Below, piece after piece: positions 63,542 through 64,000 of a stretch of DNA of 64,000 nt. This DNA comes from Dehalococcoidia bacterium (GTDB taxonomy: Bacteria; Chloroflexota; Dehalococcoidia; Bin125). Below the pieces are notes generated by a model, which did no database searches, was not told where the DNA came from, and was given only the letters and a program-made list of their open reading frames with translations. The stretch lies in NCBI GenBank assembly GCA_965242565.1, contig OZ251457.1, positions 2,904,653 to 2,968,652 of the forward strand, read 5' to 3'. A program made the position numbers and the translations under genes. Every line of letters begins with the position of its first letter. Position 1 is the stretch's first letter.

Positions 63542-64000
63542 CGGCTACCACCGCGGTGTACAGCGCTTGTTGGAATTCGACGGCGCGGCGCACTTGGAAC
63601 GGCGTCAGCCAGTACGTCTGCGCGATCTCATCAATGCTCATGCCGCCGACGTGATAGGCGGCCACCATGCCGGTCTCGATTCGGCGTCCGCCGACATTCG
63701 GGAGACCGCCCAGCTTGCCGCTCTCCATCTCCACCGCATCGGCGAAGCGGAAGAGGCACCCCAGCGCACCTTCGTGTCGGCGTTCGCTCCAGAAGCGGCG
63801 GAGGTCTACTTGCTCGGGCAGCACCGCCTCAAGCACGCGCTGAGGGAGCGTCACCGCCCACTGGGGGCAGGCGGCGTCGAGGCGGGCGAGCGCGTCGGGG
63901 AGGTGGGCCTCGGCGAGGCCGAGTTCGAGCAGCTTGGCGGCGGCGAGCACGCGGTGATGCTCATTCCAGCTGTAGTACCAGGGCGGGTCGCCGAACTCCT
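63522..64000 (-). CDS. DUF433-domain putative antitoxin, second copy. 5'-partial: runs off the window end
   Basis: C-terminal ...IDEIAQTYWLTPFQVRRAVEFQQALY is DUF433-like. The 5' portion (63800..64000) is nearly identical at nucleotide level to 62790..62900. Confidence 0.6.
   Translation of the reverse strand, partial: EFGDPPWYYSWNEHHRVLAAAKLLELGLAEAHLPDALARLDAACPQWAVTLPQRVLEAVLPEQVDLRRFWSERRHEGALGCLFRFADAVEMESGKLGGLPNVGGRRIETGMVAAYHVGGMSIDEIAQTYWLTPFQVRRAVEFQQALYTAVVADAPAAG

Overview
The window is a high-GC (~68-70%) bacterial chromosomal segment (Actinobacteria- or Chloroflexi-like codon usage, GGAGG-type RBSs) with no integrase, transposase, CRISPR array, rRNA or tRNA that I can see. Core metabolism is mixed with several lower-GC (~52-60%) accessory patches. 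The region is divided into three parts.

**Part 1 (bp 1-17,000).** A partial acyl-CoA dehydrogenase, then two tandem paralogous giant SF1 helicase-nuclease genes with the architecture DUF4011 / Upf1-like helicase / Vsr-DUF559-like endonuclease / DUF3320. From memory this matches the single-gene 'Hhe' defence protein. The second gene (2339 aa) is swollen by two families of four near-identical intragenic tandem repeats. These are followed by a small membrane protein, a Fic protein and a single-chain double CaiB/BaiF CoA-transferase.

**Part 2 (bp 17,000-48,000).** Membrane, secreted and hydrolase genes:
- Two RCC1-repeat exoproteins, one carrying a C14 homopolymer at its 5' end.
- Triplicated PHB-depolymerase-like esterase domains.
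- A He_PIG Ig-like exoprotein.
- A secreted three-repeat HExxH protein.
- A translationally coupled PRTase + DprA/SLOG gene pair (GTGA overlap).
- A second acyl-CoA dehydrogenase, with a duplicated 3' fragment of it forming ~140-bp direct repeats around the HExxH gene.
- A 1007-aa MORC/sacsin-like GHKL ATPase fused to a C-terminal DUF3883.
- An orphan beta-class DNA methyltransferase.
- Flavin-dependent luciferase-like (LLM) oxidoreductases, VOC, SDR and cupin enzymes.

**Part 3 (bp 48,000-64,000).** An ABC substrate-binding protein and a menA-menB-TetR-ubiE/menG menaquinone cluster. Next to it is a three-gene minus-strand island: class I SAM methyltransferase, MmeI-like Type IIG restriction-modification enzyme, and an 867-aa Rad50/RloC-like coiled-coil ABC ATPase with a mid-coil CxxC zinc hook. 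The window ends with two duplicated DUF433/DUF5615 toxin-antitoxin-like pairs.

A dispersed family of CCGTCAYWCCCGC-containing palindromic intergenic repeats occurs at seven or more loci, including one ~300-bp tandem array.

The strongest candidates for undescribed or unusual biology are the split PRTase + SLOG module, the GHKL-DUF3883 fusion, the RloC-like + Type IIG island, and the repeat-expanded tandem Hhe-like pair.
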